This document shows, piece after piece, positions 12,601 to 27,600 of a stretch of DNA of 64,000 nucleotides. The stretch's first letter is position 1. Each line of letters opens with the position of its first letter. The position numbers and the translations under genes are program-made. Source of the stretch: Phoronis australis (lineage: Eukaryota > Animalia > Phoronida). Under the pieces are notes generated by a model. The model saw only the letters and a program-made list of their open reading frames with translations, ran no database searches and had not been told where the DNA came from. The DNA lies in contig NMRA01000359.1 in assembly GCA_002633005.1 (NCBI GenBank), positions 275,438-339,437 on the forward strand, given 5' to 3'.

Positions 12601-15600
12601 AACAGCTAATTAGTCATTTCCACCAGGTCAACACTGATAACCTATAATACAAGACAAAAGCAATCGACAAACAAAATACCATTTCCCCTTCATGACGGCC
12701 AATACTGTTAACAACAAAAACAACTGGTAAAACTGACAGAACTGACACTTTGATACACTAACTGACTTCTCTTCATTTTCATTCCTTGTCACGAGGGGAG
12801 ACAATTCTGACAATGAATTTGGCTTCCGCCCAGCCATCATGATCAGGATCATTTTGTTCGAAAACTTTTGGCTTGTACTGTATACCTGATTTGACGATTG
12901 GCACTTGGCTGAGACATCGCAACAGCGGACCAGCTGGGAGACGACGGCATACAACTTGCCCAGCTCGGCATACTGGTACTTGATTGGCGGTCCTGGACCC
13001 TCGTCAAGTGCCACCAACATGAAGGTGGCTGGCACACTCAGCTTCAACAGTTGTTGTTTCTGCAGGCAACACAACAACGCAATGACATGTGAACATAGAC
13101 AATGTGGCTACAGTGCACCACTGAACTGTTGACTTAAAGGGGAAAGCACCGTCCTGCTTTTGATGTTACCGTAAAAATACAGATCCCTGGTTGTCCCAGG
13201 GGGACATTTTTCTCTGAGTCTGTTCCTCTGAGTTGTGCATTATCAGTGGAATAAAAGAAAGTCGACATCAATGGTCCAACAAAAGGGCACCGTCGTGCTT
13301 CTTACTTCACTTCCATTGAACAAACACAATGATCAACACAGACGGTGTTCAATAGGGAGTAGGACATTGTGTTTGGTCAATGGAAGACAACTGACCATCC
13401 ACGCCACATTCTATTGTTCAACGAATAATACATGTCAGCCAGGGGAACAGCAATTAACACCAAACCATACATTTCAAAGATAACTAAGCATCTGTATTTT
13501 CACCAAATGTTGTATCAATAAGGTTGTGTTTAACTTTAAAACACGAGCAAGAATCAGCTGCAGTTTAACCTATTAATGACCACTCTTATTGTGGAAATCA
13601 GAGAAATGATACCGAGTGTATGTATCATGAACAAAGTCACAAAGTCACTGTGACAACCACATCGAATTTGGTTCCATGAATTAAAGAGGGGAGAATACAT
13701 TTTCCTACAGTGAACATTATGTTCTGAAAAACAAGGACATACAGTAAGTGAACCATATTCAAAGGTCACACAGTATTCAGCAATACAGCAAGCAGATTTT
13801 CAGCAGACACTATCTCCCGTTAATCCCAGGAAAACGAAACAAGCGGACGCACAACTCCTTTGACTGATGTCTAACACAAATAACATTAACTGACAAAACG
13901 GATCAGCCGAGTACTAGTATCCAATCTCTGCGTGCACTAACCTCGGCTACTCCTAGACTGGAGTACATGTGAAACAAATGGAAGTACTGAGTGAGATGTC
14001 GGCCATGTTCTGACACTTCCTTCTTCAGTAGGCTAAGTACTGCCACTAGTAGGTGATCACTTAATGTGGCGTTAGGGTCGGCTGAAGAGCCGGCTGGAAT
14101 GGACAGTGACAAATATAGGACTTATAAATAGGTCACTGAAGTTCATGCGGTGGCACCAGTAAAACAACGGTACTTCCTGAAAAATAAATGGAAACCCCTA
14201 TGTTGGCAAACAACATTCGGTTCCATTCAGAGACATCACTTCTTGGTTAGCACCATCTGGGCTCCGTTTTAACAAGTCACATGGCTGGTCTTGGCTTCAA
14301 CGGATGTATGTAGAAGTGTTTAAACAATGAATCCATTAAAATTTGCTTCACGACAACATAGGGTTTGTTGATGCTTGACACTAGGCTGCACAAACTGGGA
14401 TGACATCGTGTGGTGTGTAAAGGAATAACACTTTGTCAACTCTTTCCAAACCCAGAACTCACTCCTCATCTCAACAAATAACATTTTGAGAACAGTGTTA
14501 AGTGGTCCAAATCAACAGCGATGCCACGATTTGCTGACCAATATGACAAATGATGCCAGAGTAGTTCGATTATCTCAAAATCATCACCTTTGTGAACTTA
14601 AAACAGCCTGACGCTATACATTTCAAGAGCAACCGTGCTAAGAGCTGAAATTTTATCGTTGTAAAGTTGTAATGTAAACCGTATTATGAGGCCTACATGC
14701 ACTAAATTTCTGATTTCCTTTGACGTAATGTTGCTTTAAGACTCGGTAATGGTCTGATATAATGTGCCGCATTTTGAGAACCAGTTTTCTCCTCTAAATA
14801 ACGGGCATCAAACTGGTTCTCAAAATGCGGGCATGTTATACCAGACTATTGCCTTAAGACTACAACAGCTCATCACTCAACCAGTCAATGCAAACATCAA
14901 TATTGGATATAAACTCCAAGGCTTTACTACAAACTCCTCAAACTGACCATAGAGACCTTCCACCAGTGGAGGAGGGCAGGGTCCATCCTGCAGAGCAAAG
15001 TGAGCCAGGAACACAATGATCTTCACAAACGCACTGCGCACCTGGAATACCAACAGTACACCACTTCGTTATAACCTCCGTTTTCTTCCATTCTTAGCAA
15101 GTGCATGGAACAGGAAAGGTTAATAAATTAAAAGGAACTGAGTAACAACAGAACTATTAGTTAAATAAACCACTCTGTACTGTTTCACAGTGCCATCACA
15201 TTTTAAAAATTTTACGCTTATTCCATGTTTAGTAACCCGTGCTGTTTTATTAAAACCAATAACTATAACAGAGCAGAACTTTTTGCGACTACGCATTGGC
15301 TGAGTTGCTCCCAAATTTTGCCAACAATATCAATGCCAAAGCACACACGTGCATCGAAGCAAAATGCACATTCTTGGATAGAAACATCCTCCATAGAGTG
15401 ACTCTACAGGCTTTTATTTATAACTACATCGCAAACGTACATTTCAAAATTCCTTATTGTCGTTTGTTCAACTAATATTATTGGCAAAAGTATCCAATTG
15501 TGGATTATGATTTCCTGTTTTAGTTACAGATAAAACGACTCATTGACCTGTGCGCGCATCTCATGTAACCTCGAAGTGAACATTATGGGCGGATGGGGGT

Positions 15601-18600
15601 GCAAATTTGTGGACCTAAATTTCAGATCTCTCACATCTCTCAGCGTCATCACTGCCCCTAGAATCTTTTATCGTCTTTAGGATGAAAAATCATTGACTAA
15701 CCTCGAGCCAATTTGAATTTTTTCTATGCAACCGTGAATTAAAATGGCTCAAAAAGTCAACGGAGACCTTCCGTACACACCTCTGAACTTGGGCACTCCA
15801 ATAGATACTCGGCAAATCGACTGAAATGAGCAAACAGCACATTCTCGGCAAACCAACGCCTGACGTTCTGGCTGGTTCTCAGGTGGCTACACAAGGCATC
15901 GTACCACTCACTGGCTGGTCCCCTGCAACATATAGCCTACTGGCTTAGAGCAGTGATTCTTGCGCATGTATTGCTTGACGTCACACAATCCAGAAAATGT
16001 GAATCCTTTGGTAGTTTATTCTATTTCTACAAGACGGTTGCTATCTTTTCATTTACTGGGAAACTAGCATTAACAGGAGTTTAACGTCGGATTTTGAAGA
16101 CTCACTCAAAATTAAGGATAAGAGAAAACACATCACAAACCTCAAACTAGAAAGAATCAGGTTTGTGATGGACGTACTGTTAGTGAATTACGCAATCAAT
16201 GAATTCCACGCATTCCGTGGTCTCAGTGTAGATGGAACGGAAGCTCTTCGGAATGCAAAAAATAAATTAAACTCCAGAGCTGTCACTAAAAGTCTTTAAA
16301 AACTGTGTTATGTCATGTCACGAAACAGATAAATCTTTTCAGCTTCCTATAAACTGCTTTACATTTTGATTCTACAGTAACAACTACACAGACTGAGTCG
16401 ACCTTGTTTTAATAATTTATGAACATACCGTAAGTTCTTCTTAGTGTGGAAGCCAACACTAAACAAGAACTTGGAGGCCAGCTGAATGCTGATCATGGCT
16501 AACTCTTCAGCTTCTGGAGGCTGGAAAGAACGATGTCACGGAATAAGCAGATGAGTGAAATTGCACACTATTAATCATCAGCAAAATATTTCGAGTGAGC
16601 TATAGTTTGCATGCATATCAGATAAAATTCGAATTTCAAAAGTAAACACGATTTTAACTTCTATCAGTACAATACAATGGACTAGAAATGGAGATCCATC
16701 CAAAGTGCTGGATTGAAATCCTGCCTTATGAGTTAGTCCCAACCTTTCTGATTAGAGTTATATTTCAAATGAAACTCAGCCTTGTAACTAACAAGATTAA
16801 AAAGGAAGACCCAAAAACCTGTTTTTTCAAAATAATCAGCATCGTTTCACTCAATTTTAATTTTAACCCATAATCTTAATCTCTCATAACAAAAAAGGGC
16901 AAAAATCCAGGAAACAAAATTCGACGGACACGAAACGTCCTTTAATGTTTACATGTCTTGTATTAACATTGGCAATAGTCTGATGTAACGTACCCGTACT
17001 TCGAGAACCAGTTTGGTGCCCGTTATTCAGTGGAAAAACTGGTTATCAAAATTCGAACACGTCATATCACACCATTACCTTCACATTAGAAAACATCCAA
17101 ACAAGTAGTAGACTCACGACTTTGTCTGTTCCTGGCATCTGACTGACGTAGGGGCCGTTACACAGGAGCAGCTTCCTCATAAACTGGAAGTATTCCACAC
17201 TGTACTGGTTCTTGTTGTGCATGAACTGTATATTGAGCTTACGGACACACCGCTCAATGGCAGCGGGCATCTTGACCTTGGTCGGCTTGGGGTCACCTGG
17301 CAAAGACAAACATGTACCTAGTACGGAAACCTTTAACCAGTCATTAGGCTCATCCAGTTGTTTGCTAACTCCACTTTCTGCAGTCCCCTTAGAGAGATAG
17401 CTAGTTCATTGCAGATAGTTTCCCCAGCCTTGGCAAGAACTTTAATATTTAAACACTGCTGCCTGCAACAATGCAGATTAAGTGGTTTGTTTAAGAGCAC
17501 ATTGACAATTGCAGATTGAAAGTCCGCCACTCACCATTGAACCACACAGACGCCACTGCTAAGCATGTCATTATGGCCACAAGAATGAATCTTTGTTTCA
17601 AAAAGAAGCGAAAAACGAGATATTGAATGTGTAAAACAATACAAACTAATGCCTTTAGTAACCTATAGCTATCCTGTGGGTTGTGTTTTGTAGATGCAAG
17701 AAGTTTGCGAACAAAGGCAGTGTGGTCATGTGCTTCGTTTGCAATGCATGGCGATATCTCACCGAGTCTCGCTTGATTTTGTAACTTCGCGATATTCTGG
17801 CGTCTACAGAATGTCATCAAAGTGAATGGCAAAACAAGGACTGCAGACCCAAACCGAACGAACACAATACAAAAACTCATGCAAAGCATATAAGCTATCA
17901 AATCTATTGTTGCGTGTTTGAAGGACCATGCATCATCCTTTAGGGAAATAACTCATGTTATGCCTTTAACATTTCATCAAGTTGAGGGGAAATTTTGATT
18001 AATTTGATTCATATCAGGTATGGATAAACTCATCTAGCAGACAAGTGTACTGTCTTTGGTCAACAAATTTAAACAATGCCCGCAACAACCCAGTGTTGCT
18101 CAGTCCCACATGCTGTTTTCGGATACACCTCTTTTAAAGTTCGCCCATTTTCCAGCAAAAACTATTGCCAAAAATGCCACTTTCCTTTCACAGCTTGTTG
18201 TGAAAGCCTACAGTTCTTCACAACATTGCAAGAAGATGACAACGAATTAACAGTGCAGAGCTTGAAAACAATTAATGTATTAAACAAGAGCACTTGTCTG
18301 CTTACCTATGGTCAAGTCGGCCAACTCCTTAGAGATATCGTTGTCAGGAACTGGTTCGTCCTGGCGTTCATAAAACAATATATAAGCATTCCACCACCTT
18401 TTCTGCCGACGGTAGGCCATCCTGCAAGAGTTCATCAAACGTTTTAAAACGTCTGTCTGAATAATCCAAAACAATTAAAAAAGAGTTTGTCTGCACAAAT
18501 AACTTATTGCCAAGAATTTGACGGACGGCTTAACTGACCAATCAGAATGCAACTTTCTTGACACACCTTCGTCTGCATTTCCATGCCGCCATTTTACACT

Positions 18601-21600
18601 ACATACAACACATTGTCGGTGACTTTTCACAAGGGGGCGGAGCTTGTGATTGGTCAATTGACATGACTTGTCGGTCTTTTCTTTATCACTGACAGTAAAA
18701 CTATACAGCGTCAGTGGCATTGTAGGGCATGTATTTTCACATCACAAGTTAGAAGAGCTTATTCAACGATGACCTTATTGAGCCTATCCATCTCTTACCT
18801 CTTCAACATGTGGTCAAACACCTCTCCGAGGTACTCGCCACCAAAGCACTGATTCTTCATCTCTTCATCATCGTCCATCTTACACTCGGTCACTTCACCG
18901 TCATCAAACTTGTACCACCGCGCCACCTGGTTTGGTGGCCTGAAAATACCAATGACACAAGGTTACTTCAAGCAGACATAGTTGAAGGAGACCTGTTTAA
19001 AACACTGAAGAAAGTAACAACCGCCCTTCACAATATTACCTAGATTGATATATGAACTCTTCAACTAGAGAATTAAGAGCTTTCAGTCGTAGAGGATTCA
19101 GAAAATATAAACAGCAGTGGTCAGACTATTAGTTGCCAAGACTAAATAAAATACGGTTTGAAAAACAGATAAAGCCTTCACACTACGCTAAAAAAGTATA
19201 TAATAATTAGTCATTGTCACTTTCTCCATGAAAGCTGCTTACATTCTAATTTAAGATCATTGTGAAATAAATAATCAATTTACAGCCAGCCGCAAGAGCA
19301 AATGTCCCCACAGCATTCTTGTGAAATGCGAACTCATTAAGTCACTCAGACGTGGTCTGGTATTGATCACCTAATGAAGAATATCACAGCAACGAGTACC
19401 CACCTGTGCAGAATGTAGGAGTAATAGTGACCACCACTGGCCTGGCCACTGTGGACGACCACGCCCACCAGTTTGTACTTTGTACTTTGACCTTTGACCA
19501 CCTCCTCTTCATCATCAGAGATCACCTCACCTGGAAATAATGACACAAACGCATGCAACTCTTGTCACATGACAACCAACACAGTGTGCACCACCAGAAA
19601 AAAAAATAGTTGCATTACTCTACAACAAAGAATCACCAGCATCCACCCAAGTCGACTGAGTAAATTTTAATTTTGTGTCAATACAAGTCACAAGTTTATT
19701 TAACGGAAAAATAACATAATTAATAAAATTAATTTAAAATTTAAGACAGAGGCCTTGACACAAGTCGTGCCAATTTTGCCAATGATTTCTCATTGTAACT
19801 TAAACTACAATTCAACCAATCAACACAACACATTGACCACTTTGTTAATTCTGACAAGCGGTACCAATACATGAACGTCACTGTTTACCTTCAATTTTAG
19901 CGAGACCTTGAACAGTAAAGGGCTCCATGTCCATTTCTCTTGGAAACTCAAAATAGTCATTAAACTTTATTGCACATTCTCTGAAATAGCAACAAAACAT
20001 GATCATGAGTTGAAGGACAAAATGAAATGACAGAATGTCTGCAATACATCGATTTAAAAACTAGGAAATTTTTTTTTGCTTTTTCCCAGAAATTTTGCAT
20101 GTAGTCATCAGGATTAGTCGTGTTCAGCAGGACATTAACTGCTTTTTACTTACATTTTAATGTGTTATATCTATTTCGAGCTGATTCTGTTCCACAACTT
20201 ACAAGATATTAATTTTCCTTATTGACTCAATTCTGAACAATTGTACGCCTACCTCTCCCAGTCATAGTCGAATCTCTTCAGCTGCATGGCCAACATAGGA
20301 GGCAACTTCTTAATACAGAGACGTTTAACAGTGTCAACCTGTAGTAGACCATAACATTATAATGACACCCACAACATTATAATGACACCCACAACATTAT
20401 AATGACACCCACAACATTATAATGACACCCACAACATTATAATGACACCCACAACATTACGACACATACAACATTATAATGACACCCGCAACAATATTAT
20501 GGCACATTCTGACGATAAAGGAATTTGAAGCAACATGAAAACAATTTACTAGAAAAGACAAATCTGACCAGAAGTTGCAAATGTGATGAATGTACCTTTG
20601 TTGTCCCAACAAGTCAACAACTCACATTTAGTGCATACCACGAAGAGCATTTCAATGATTCTTGTCAAAGTGACTTTGGAATATATTTATTATAACTAAG
20701 ACAAAATAATTGCCTGTTGTTCTTCATTAAAGCCACACTCAGTGCCATCTGTACAGACCACTATATCTTAATTTACGCGACTGTAATCATCACGAATCAA
20801 GTGGAGTTCTTTGATCGCTTCTGAGGGGAAATACACCATCATAAGCTGCATNTCCACCTTTATATTTAGCTGGCTAAAACATGAAAATCGAATTTAAGTC
20901 CTTTTAATCTCGACAAATCGGTCTCACAATATTTTTCCCCGTGATAGGATTCTAGTTCAAGACCGTCAAAACCACCAGCGGTTCAAGAAAACGCTTCAGA
21001 GTTTACTGTTGGCCAATCCTAAAACTGCAAATTCGAAAGTGGCGCACATACGCACTGTCTGTGACTTAAAGTTCAACTTGGTAACCGACTGAAATAGAAT
21101 CCCATCATGGTAAGGAATATTACAAGACCAAAAGTATGAGAGAAAAAGCCCGATTCGGCTTTCGTTTTCTAAGCAGGGTGCAATGCAGCGTTAAATTGGT
21201 GATTAAGACTTGGCCTAATCGTAGCAGTCTAGAGTCTAACATCAAACGCTGACCTTTTTGTTACACTTTTCACAGAAGTAGGCGTTGGCCCCCTCCAAGA
21301 GGTCTCCCTTGACGTACTGTTCAAGAGACTCCCTCAAGTGTTGGTGATTACGAATGTCCACATTGAGTGTGGTGAAAGACTCTTCGCGCGAGTACCTGCA
21401 AATACCAAATGACGTGGCTTAGAACAATGGGGTAAATATGACCATAGTGAGTATTTGCAGCAACGTTGATAATCGGAAACAATTGAATTGCAATAAAAAT
21501 CCAATTATTTTTTGTCCAAATTTGAAGAATTTTTACAGTAATTATCACCCAGAAGGTGAAAAGAATAGTATTTGTGTTCTTGAGGAAAGAATTGTCAGCA

Positions 21601-24600
21601 TGTGTGTGGTGGTTAGCATGAAACTTCAAAAGTAATTTACTGGTCATGAAGGTTTGATAGCTGCAAGACATCAACATTAGTAGCACTGAGATATAAGATG
21701 ACGCCAGTGCCGTTATCCAATGCATTATTTTATGGAAATGGGCTTAAACAAATATTCAACAAGCAAATTCCAGGTATTCTTATCAAATAACGCTGCCCCA
21801 AGAAAATTCATAACGCACGCCAAGATATGCCCAAGATATGAACAAGACCAATGCGCAGCGGGTAATGAACACAATCTTGTAAAAAGTGGCTAAAAAGGCT
21901 GAATAGGATCACAGACACATACCTGTGTGGACAGTCTTTACAAATTTTTTGATCAGCGAATGAACCAGCAAGAGCCTTTGCCAGAACAGGTGGCTGCCCA
22001 AGAGCTTTTAGTGCCTCATCTAGACTGTCCACTAAACTGTTGAAGAACTCCAGCGCATCGTGTTGTTCTCTTAAGTTGACCGGCTCTCCCCATAACCTGG
22101 TGAAGATAGCAGTCATAAGGTAATACGTAAAAAGACTAAGATCAGTTTCATGAACATAGCCAGTTTTACAAAACCCTGAATAATTATCCAATGCAACGCA
22201 ACAGAAGCACGGCCCAATACTCGAGAATAACAATGCTTCTAATGCACTGCGCCTGCTTGGAGACGTGGCAGGTTCACCGCCATATCGGTTAACATAATCT
22301 CTTCCATTGACAGAATCTTTTCAACTCAGTGTTACCTAACCTGTATTTTTCAGATTAAAAGAAACAAACCGAGGTCCAAGTATTTAGTCTTAGCTGTCGT
22401 TTATCACAGAAATTCCCAAACATCTTCACCCTGCACATAACCAGGGCGACTTCAAATTCACAGTCTTCAAATCAGCATTCAGGGAGTAAAAAATGAGTCT
22501 CAACCGAGCCCTTCAACACATCAAGGATTCTATACCTTAGCAAGACAAATAGTTGTAACAGAATACAAAGTCTTGACCTTTCGTTACATCGATTCACATA
22601 AACACATCATGACTCACTTAAAATGTTTCCAAAAGCCCCTGGGCACAAAGTACTGCAGCTTACTACAAGCCAGATGGCCAAAGATGACCTGTACGTGCTT
22701 GAGTACACCCAAGTTGTAGTCCTTGCGCTCATCAGCCTTGCTCATCACAGGCTTCTCTTCATCCTTACGCTCATCTTCACCAGTGTCTATGTTGGTCTGT
22801 TGAAAGCAACAACTCCACTGTATGTTGATTGCACAACACCTTATTTTTCCATTACGCATAAATTATTGATGTTCATAAGAACAATATGAAGCGACTTCCC
22901 ATAAGAATCACATCACACAAAAGCCCGAGGCTACCCTGATTTCAGTACTTAATGACAGGTAGAAAGGTGTCACGAGACTACCTGAATGTTAGTAATAGTT
23001 TATAATCAAGATGCTTAAGTTTACGTATCACGTTAAGTCCACAAGCACAAAGCTCTTAAAAGAAAGTCCTTAATTAATTTTTGCTATATATTTAATTTCT
23101 ATATTGTGTTCTCCGCATATGTAAATAATTATGTATATATATATGTATATAATATTATATGTTCAACTGTCATGTGGACCTATGACCTTTGCGCTTCAAT
23201 ACAGTAAACTAAATCCCCATTATCTCACTCGCATCAACTTGAGAATATTGAGCCTCCTCATGAAAGCATGCCGTGATCAGGACATGTTCGTCAAACATAA
23301 ATACACAGGTGATTCAGTGAATAAACTGCAAACCTACACCCATCTCATACCTCATTATCGGCCTTCTCATCACCCAGCACTTCATCCTCTATGTCTTCTG
23401 CCACTCCCTCGGCGTGAAGAGAACCTTCACGGATTGACGGAATCATGAACAGCTGCAAGAACATTACTAGGCTTAGACACAAATAGCCGTAGAACCCAAG
23501 ATTACACCAGCATTGTTCAACATCTGCCTAGTTTTTGGAGAGTCACGTTGACTAGAGTAGACTGACAAAATGGCTGTAAATGAAATACTCTTGAGAAAGT
23601 AAACATTTCATAAACCTGAATAATGATTATATAATTTCAAAATCATGAGAAATGGTTTGGCGACACTAGTTCCCAGTTTAGGACAAACCTTCCAGAATAT
23701 CGCCCATCTGAAGTCATACGATAGAATAAAAACTCAAGTTTTCCACCTAAGGTATCGTTCATGTTGACGAACACCTCACCCACTCACCTGTTGAAGTACT
23801 GAGTTCATGTAGCAGGTGGCGCCAGCATTCTTCAAGCCAACAAAACCTTTGTACGGACGAGGGCCAACAGGGGGAAGGTACTCCCACTCCACCAGGGCTG
23901 GATCGTGACCTGGCAGAAAGGACGGGACTGAGTCAACACTGACACACAAAAGACTGGAAGTATCACGACGCGTAGCCTCCAAAGCATGTCAGGTTGATAA
24001 ATAACCGATACGACGTACTTGAAAAGTCTGCCAAATCATTGAACAAGTCTGAACATGCAAACTCAGTAGACGACGAAAACTTTGTGGGCGAAATTCTCGC
24101 ACTCAAGTCAAATATGCTGACACTGTGGTGACACAAACAGAAAAGACATCGAATGTCACTGGAGTCTTTTGTTGTTATACAGGCATTTTGAATCGAGTCG
24201 ATAGTTTAAACCTGAAACCCTATTGCAACTTGAAACATTGAACACATTGCTCTCAAGGTAAAGTCTTGGGTATTATCTATCATTCGTACTGATACAAAAT
24301 CAACGTTGGATTAGTCACATCGTCTCTAATGGGACAACTCTTTAAAGTTACCAGAGACAAAACAGGTGAGTGTAAAAAACACTGAATAACAACAGCCCAC
24401 TGGAAAGTCATGCACAACTAAATAATTCTAATCGTTACAGTACTGTCAGTTTCGAGGTCATCTTAAGATTACTTTTATAATTAACCATAACTGACGTCGC
24501 ATAGTCTCAATTCCAAATGGCCACCAGACTTACCCGAGTAATACATCTCGGTCAACATGTCGGCGACTACCTTCAAGTTGGCTACACAGCCCGTACAGAA

Positions 24601-27600
24601 GGCTGCCAGGAGATCGTAGGCAGCGATGATGGTCGGAGGAGACGAGCACACGGGCACCGCATTGTCAGCGGGTAGCTCACCGTTGAGCTTTTTGGAGTGC
24701 AGCACCATTCTGGACGCAGGGAATATGAAGTCCTCTATGAGTTCCTAAGAAATACAGAACATCTCGCATTATGCCCGTGTAGTTTTTATAAAACACAGTA
24801 TTATATATATATAATTATGTAAATCTTAAACCAGCCTGGAAATGTAGATCGCAAACATCTGGCCAATAGGTGCAGTGCAGATCAGATTTAAAAATCTTAA
24901 GTGAAAAGTTCCAGGTGATCAGTGCAATGGACTCACATGCTCGGCCGGTGCACATCTGGTACAATGTGTATCAGACCGGCTAAATTATTTTTTTAAAATT
25001 ACTTTTATGCCTCACAAATCTTGAGAAAAGGCATTGGCAAATAAAAAATACATTTGCCGGAAAGTACTCTCAGACATTAAAGCCAACAGCACAATGAGAC
25101 CTAACCTAAAGCCAATAGCAGACAGAGAGGTACCTTGATGAGATTTGCTCCTCCACTTTCAGCACCCAGGTGGAATTTCTTCTCCGTTGTTTGGAAGGCC
25201 AGCAACTCTCTGGTCAGTCCCAAGTGTCCCTCCAGGAGTGCGTCGTCAGGGGCAGTCCCAGGAGCCTGCACTACGTCGTCCTGGCAACAAAATTGAGAAT
25301 AATTACTAAAATAAAACAGGCATACAGCTGAAAAGATTGTTTAGTGCTGCTGTTCAGGGTAAGACTTATATGATTAATTCATGAGCAATAACGCGTTTTT
25401 AGAACTTAATCATAAAAAATCTGGACATGAAAACTTGACAGTCTGGACACTTACACCTCAACACCTGGAACAAACCTTTGTTCCAGGTGAATTCAAAGTT
25501 TTAGTGGACAGTTTAGGTCAATGTAGCTTAGGTTGTGGATGTCAAAGCAGTAACGCTGTCGCAACTTACGCGTATCCTCTTGAGCCACGTGATTTCGTTG
25601 TTGAGCAGAACTTCAGAGTTGGCAAGCGGTGCCTTGGTGACATGAGCATAGTTTAATAACCTGCAACGAATAATGAACTTCTTTGTTATCCAAAAAATTA
25701 AACCACAAAGCGTTTTTAAAACAAATATAACAGCTCAGAGAGAATCCATCTATTGAAAATCTGGAAGGCAGCGTAAATAAAACTGAATCAAAGAAATGAC
25801 TTGGAAGATAACACCACCTCAAGGGTAAAGCTCAACTCTCCCTAACAGCTAAACATCAACCAGAGCACAAGACAGAGCTGTTAGTCTACTAGCTCATCGT
25901 ACATACAAGGCAGAATACGTGATGAGGTATTTATCTCAACCAAGAGCATAGGATAGATACAAAAACAGATTCATGCACCATGTCGATCACAAATGTTTTG
26001 ATTCTGCCTTATGTTCAAGATGTGTATACAGCGCGTTTATGTAAAACTGTAGCTATGTCACTGCTATCCTTAGAGTACAACTCACCTGCAGAGTAACGTG
26101 AAGTAATCATGTGACTGCTTTGCATTTTCCTTAGCTGTGTTCTGGAAGGGAAAAATTGCATGTAAACTACAATTCCAACTGACTAATCCGTGCTCATCAA
26201 CCTTCGTTTGAAAATACATCGAGATGCGTTGCAAATTTATTGTCTGGACCCCATGGCAATGAGCTCAATGTGAAAAGTGGTTTGTTTATACTCTACCCAG
26301 TTTTAAAGAACAGAGGTCATAAGGTAAAAAATGATGTCATGTCAATGAATCGTAAATGATTTTATTAGAAATGTCATAACTGATTTCTAGAGAAATCAAC
26401 AGGGTTCTACAATGCTTTCTTGATTCATATTTTAACAGCTTTGGTTCATTCCTTGGAAACCAAATTACAGAACCAAACATTGAAACCGTTGGAAATATAA
26501 TAGTGAAGCCAATACACCGACTCCTCTGCTAGAAAGTATATTAGCTTATCAATGTATTTGTCAATATCTAATCCATATGTTTTAAAGACAGTGAACACTA
26601 TGTAGCAACTTTAATACAGATTCTTTTCCGTCACAAAACCAACCTATTTTCCTGCAACTTATATTCAAACTGCTCTCCTCAAGTCCACAAATCATTATCT
26701 AAGCAACACTAAAGCCAAGACTATTTTAAAATCAGGTAAGCGATTCAAATCAAAAGTTACGAATTGGCGGGTACATGGGGACTTTAAAATGTCAACTGGG
26801 CTTTACATATTACAAGGATATCATTCCTGATACATGTAGATAATGTTTCAGCAAACTGCTTTGTGTATTGCCTTACCGATAGAACCGTGAAAAGCAGAGT
26901 AATGAAAAATATTAATGGTCTGTGTCCTGATGAACACTTGGTGGCCATCATGAAGAACTGGTCTGCAGCTGACAGTCTCACTGGTCTACAAGGTGAAAAG
27001 AAGCTTAAGTTAAACACAAGTTAAGATGAAATGGCAGGTTTGAGGTATTGTCTGGACATCTCAAAAATGCGGATATGAGCTGGTCAAAACATATGATCTG
27101 GCACGTAGAGTTTCAAGAAGAAAAGTTTTTGGTGAACATCAAATATACTCTGGCAAAAATATGACAATAACATTTTACTACCTGGCGAACACTTTATCAA
27201 CTGTTGCAACTCTGGACTTCGTCAAAATGGTCGTAAGCACAATAGTGCAAACACAATATTATATTCTTTCAGAGGATTGAAAATGTCACAACTGGTAAGA
27301 AGCTCTACTTTCATATTCATACTTTACAACAAGCCACATATAATCAATCATCTTAGCTAAGAGCAGACTGACGAGCCTTGCTAAAACAGGCCCATGACGT
27401 CATTGTGGTAGTTGTGTTTACGACAAAATGTACTGTCGGGTCAGACCATCACTCTCGGTATTGTTCACACGTTCTGTACTAACCTGCTCCGGCAGAGCAA
27501 CAGCTGGTCAATGATGAAGCAATGCCAAGCCTTATCCTTGTTCAGGGCCTCCAGGGCGGCTGGACACAAGGCCAGACAGACGGTCAGCACCTCCATGGCC

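Noticed and set aside
14192-14366. ~15-bp imperfect inverted repeat (aaacccctatgttggc / gacaacatagggttt)
   Set aside because: Possibly an old MITE, but no TSD or second copy is visible in the window.
20351-20506. Regular repeat array as a possible CRISPR
   Set aside because: The units are contiguous with no unique spacers, there are no cas genes and the context is a eukaryotic intron.
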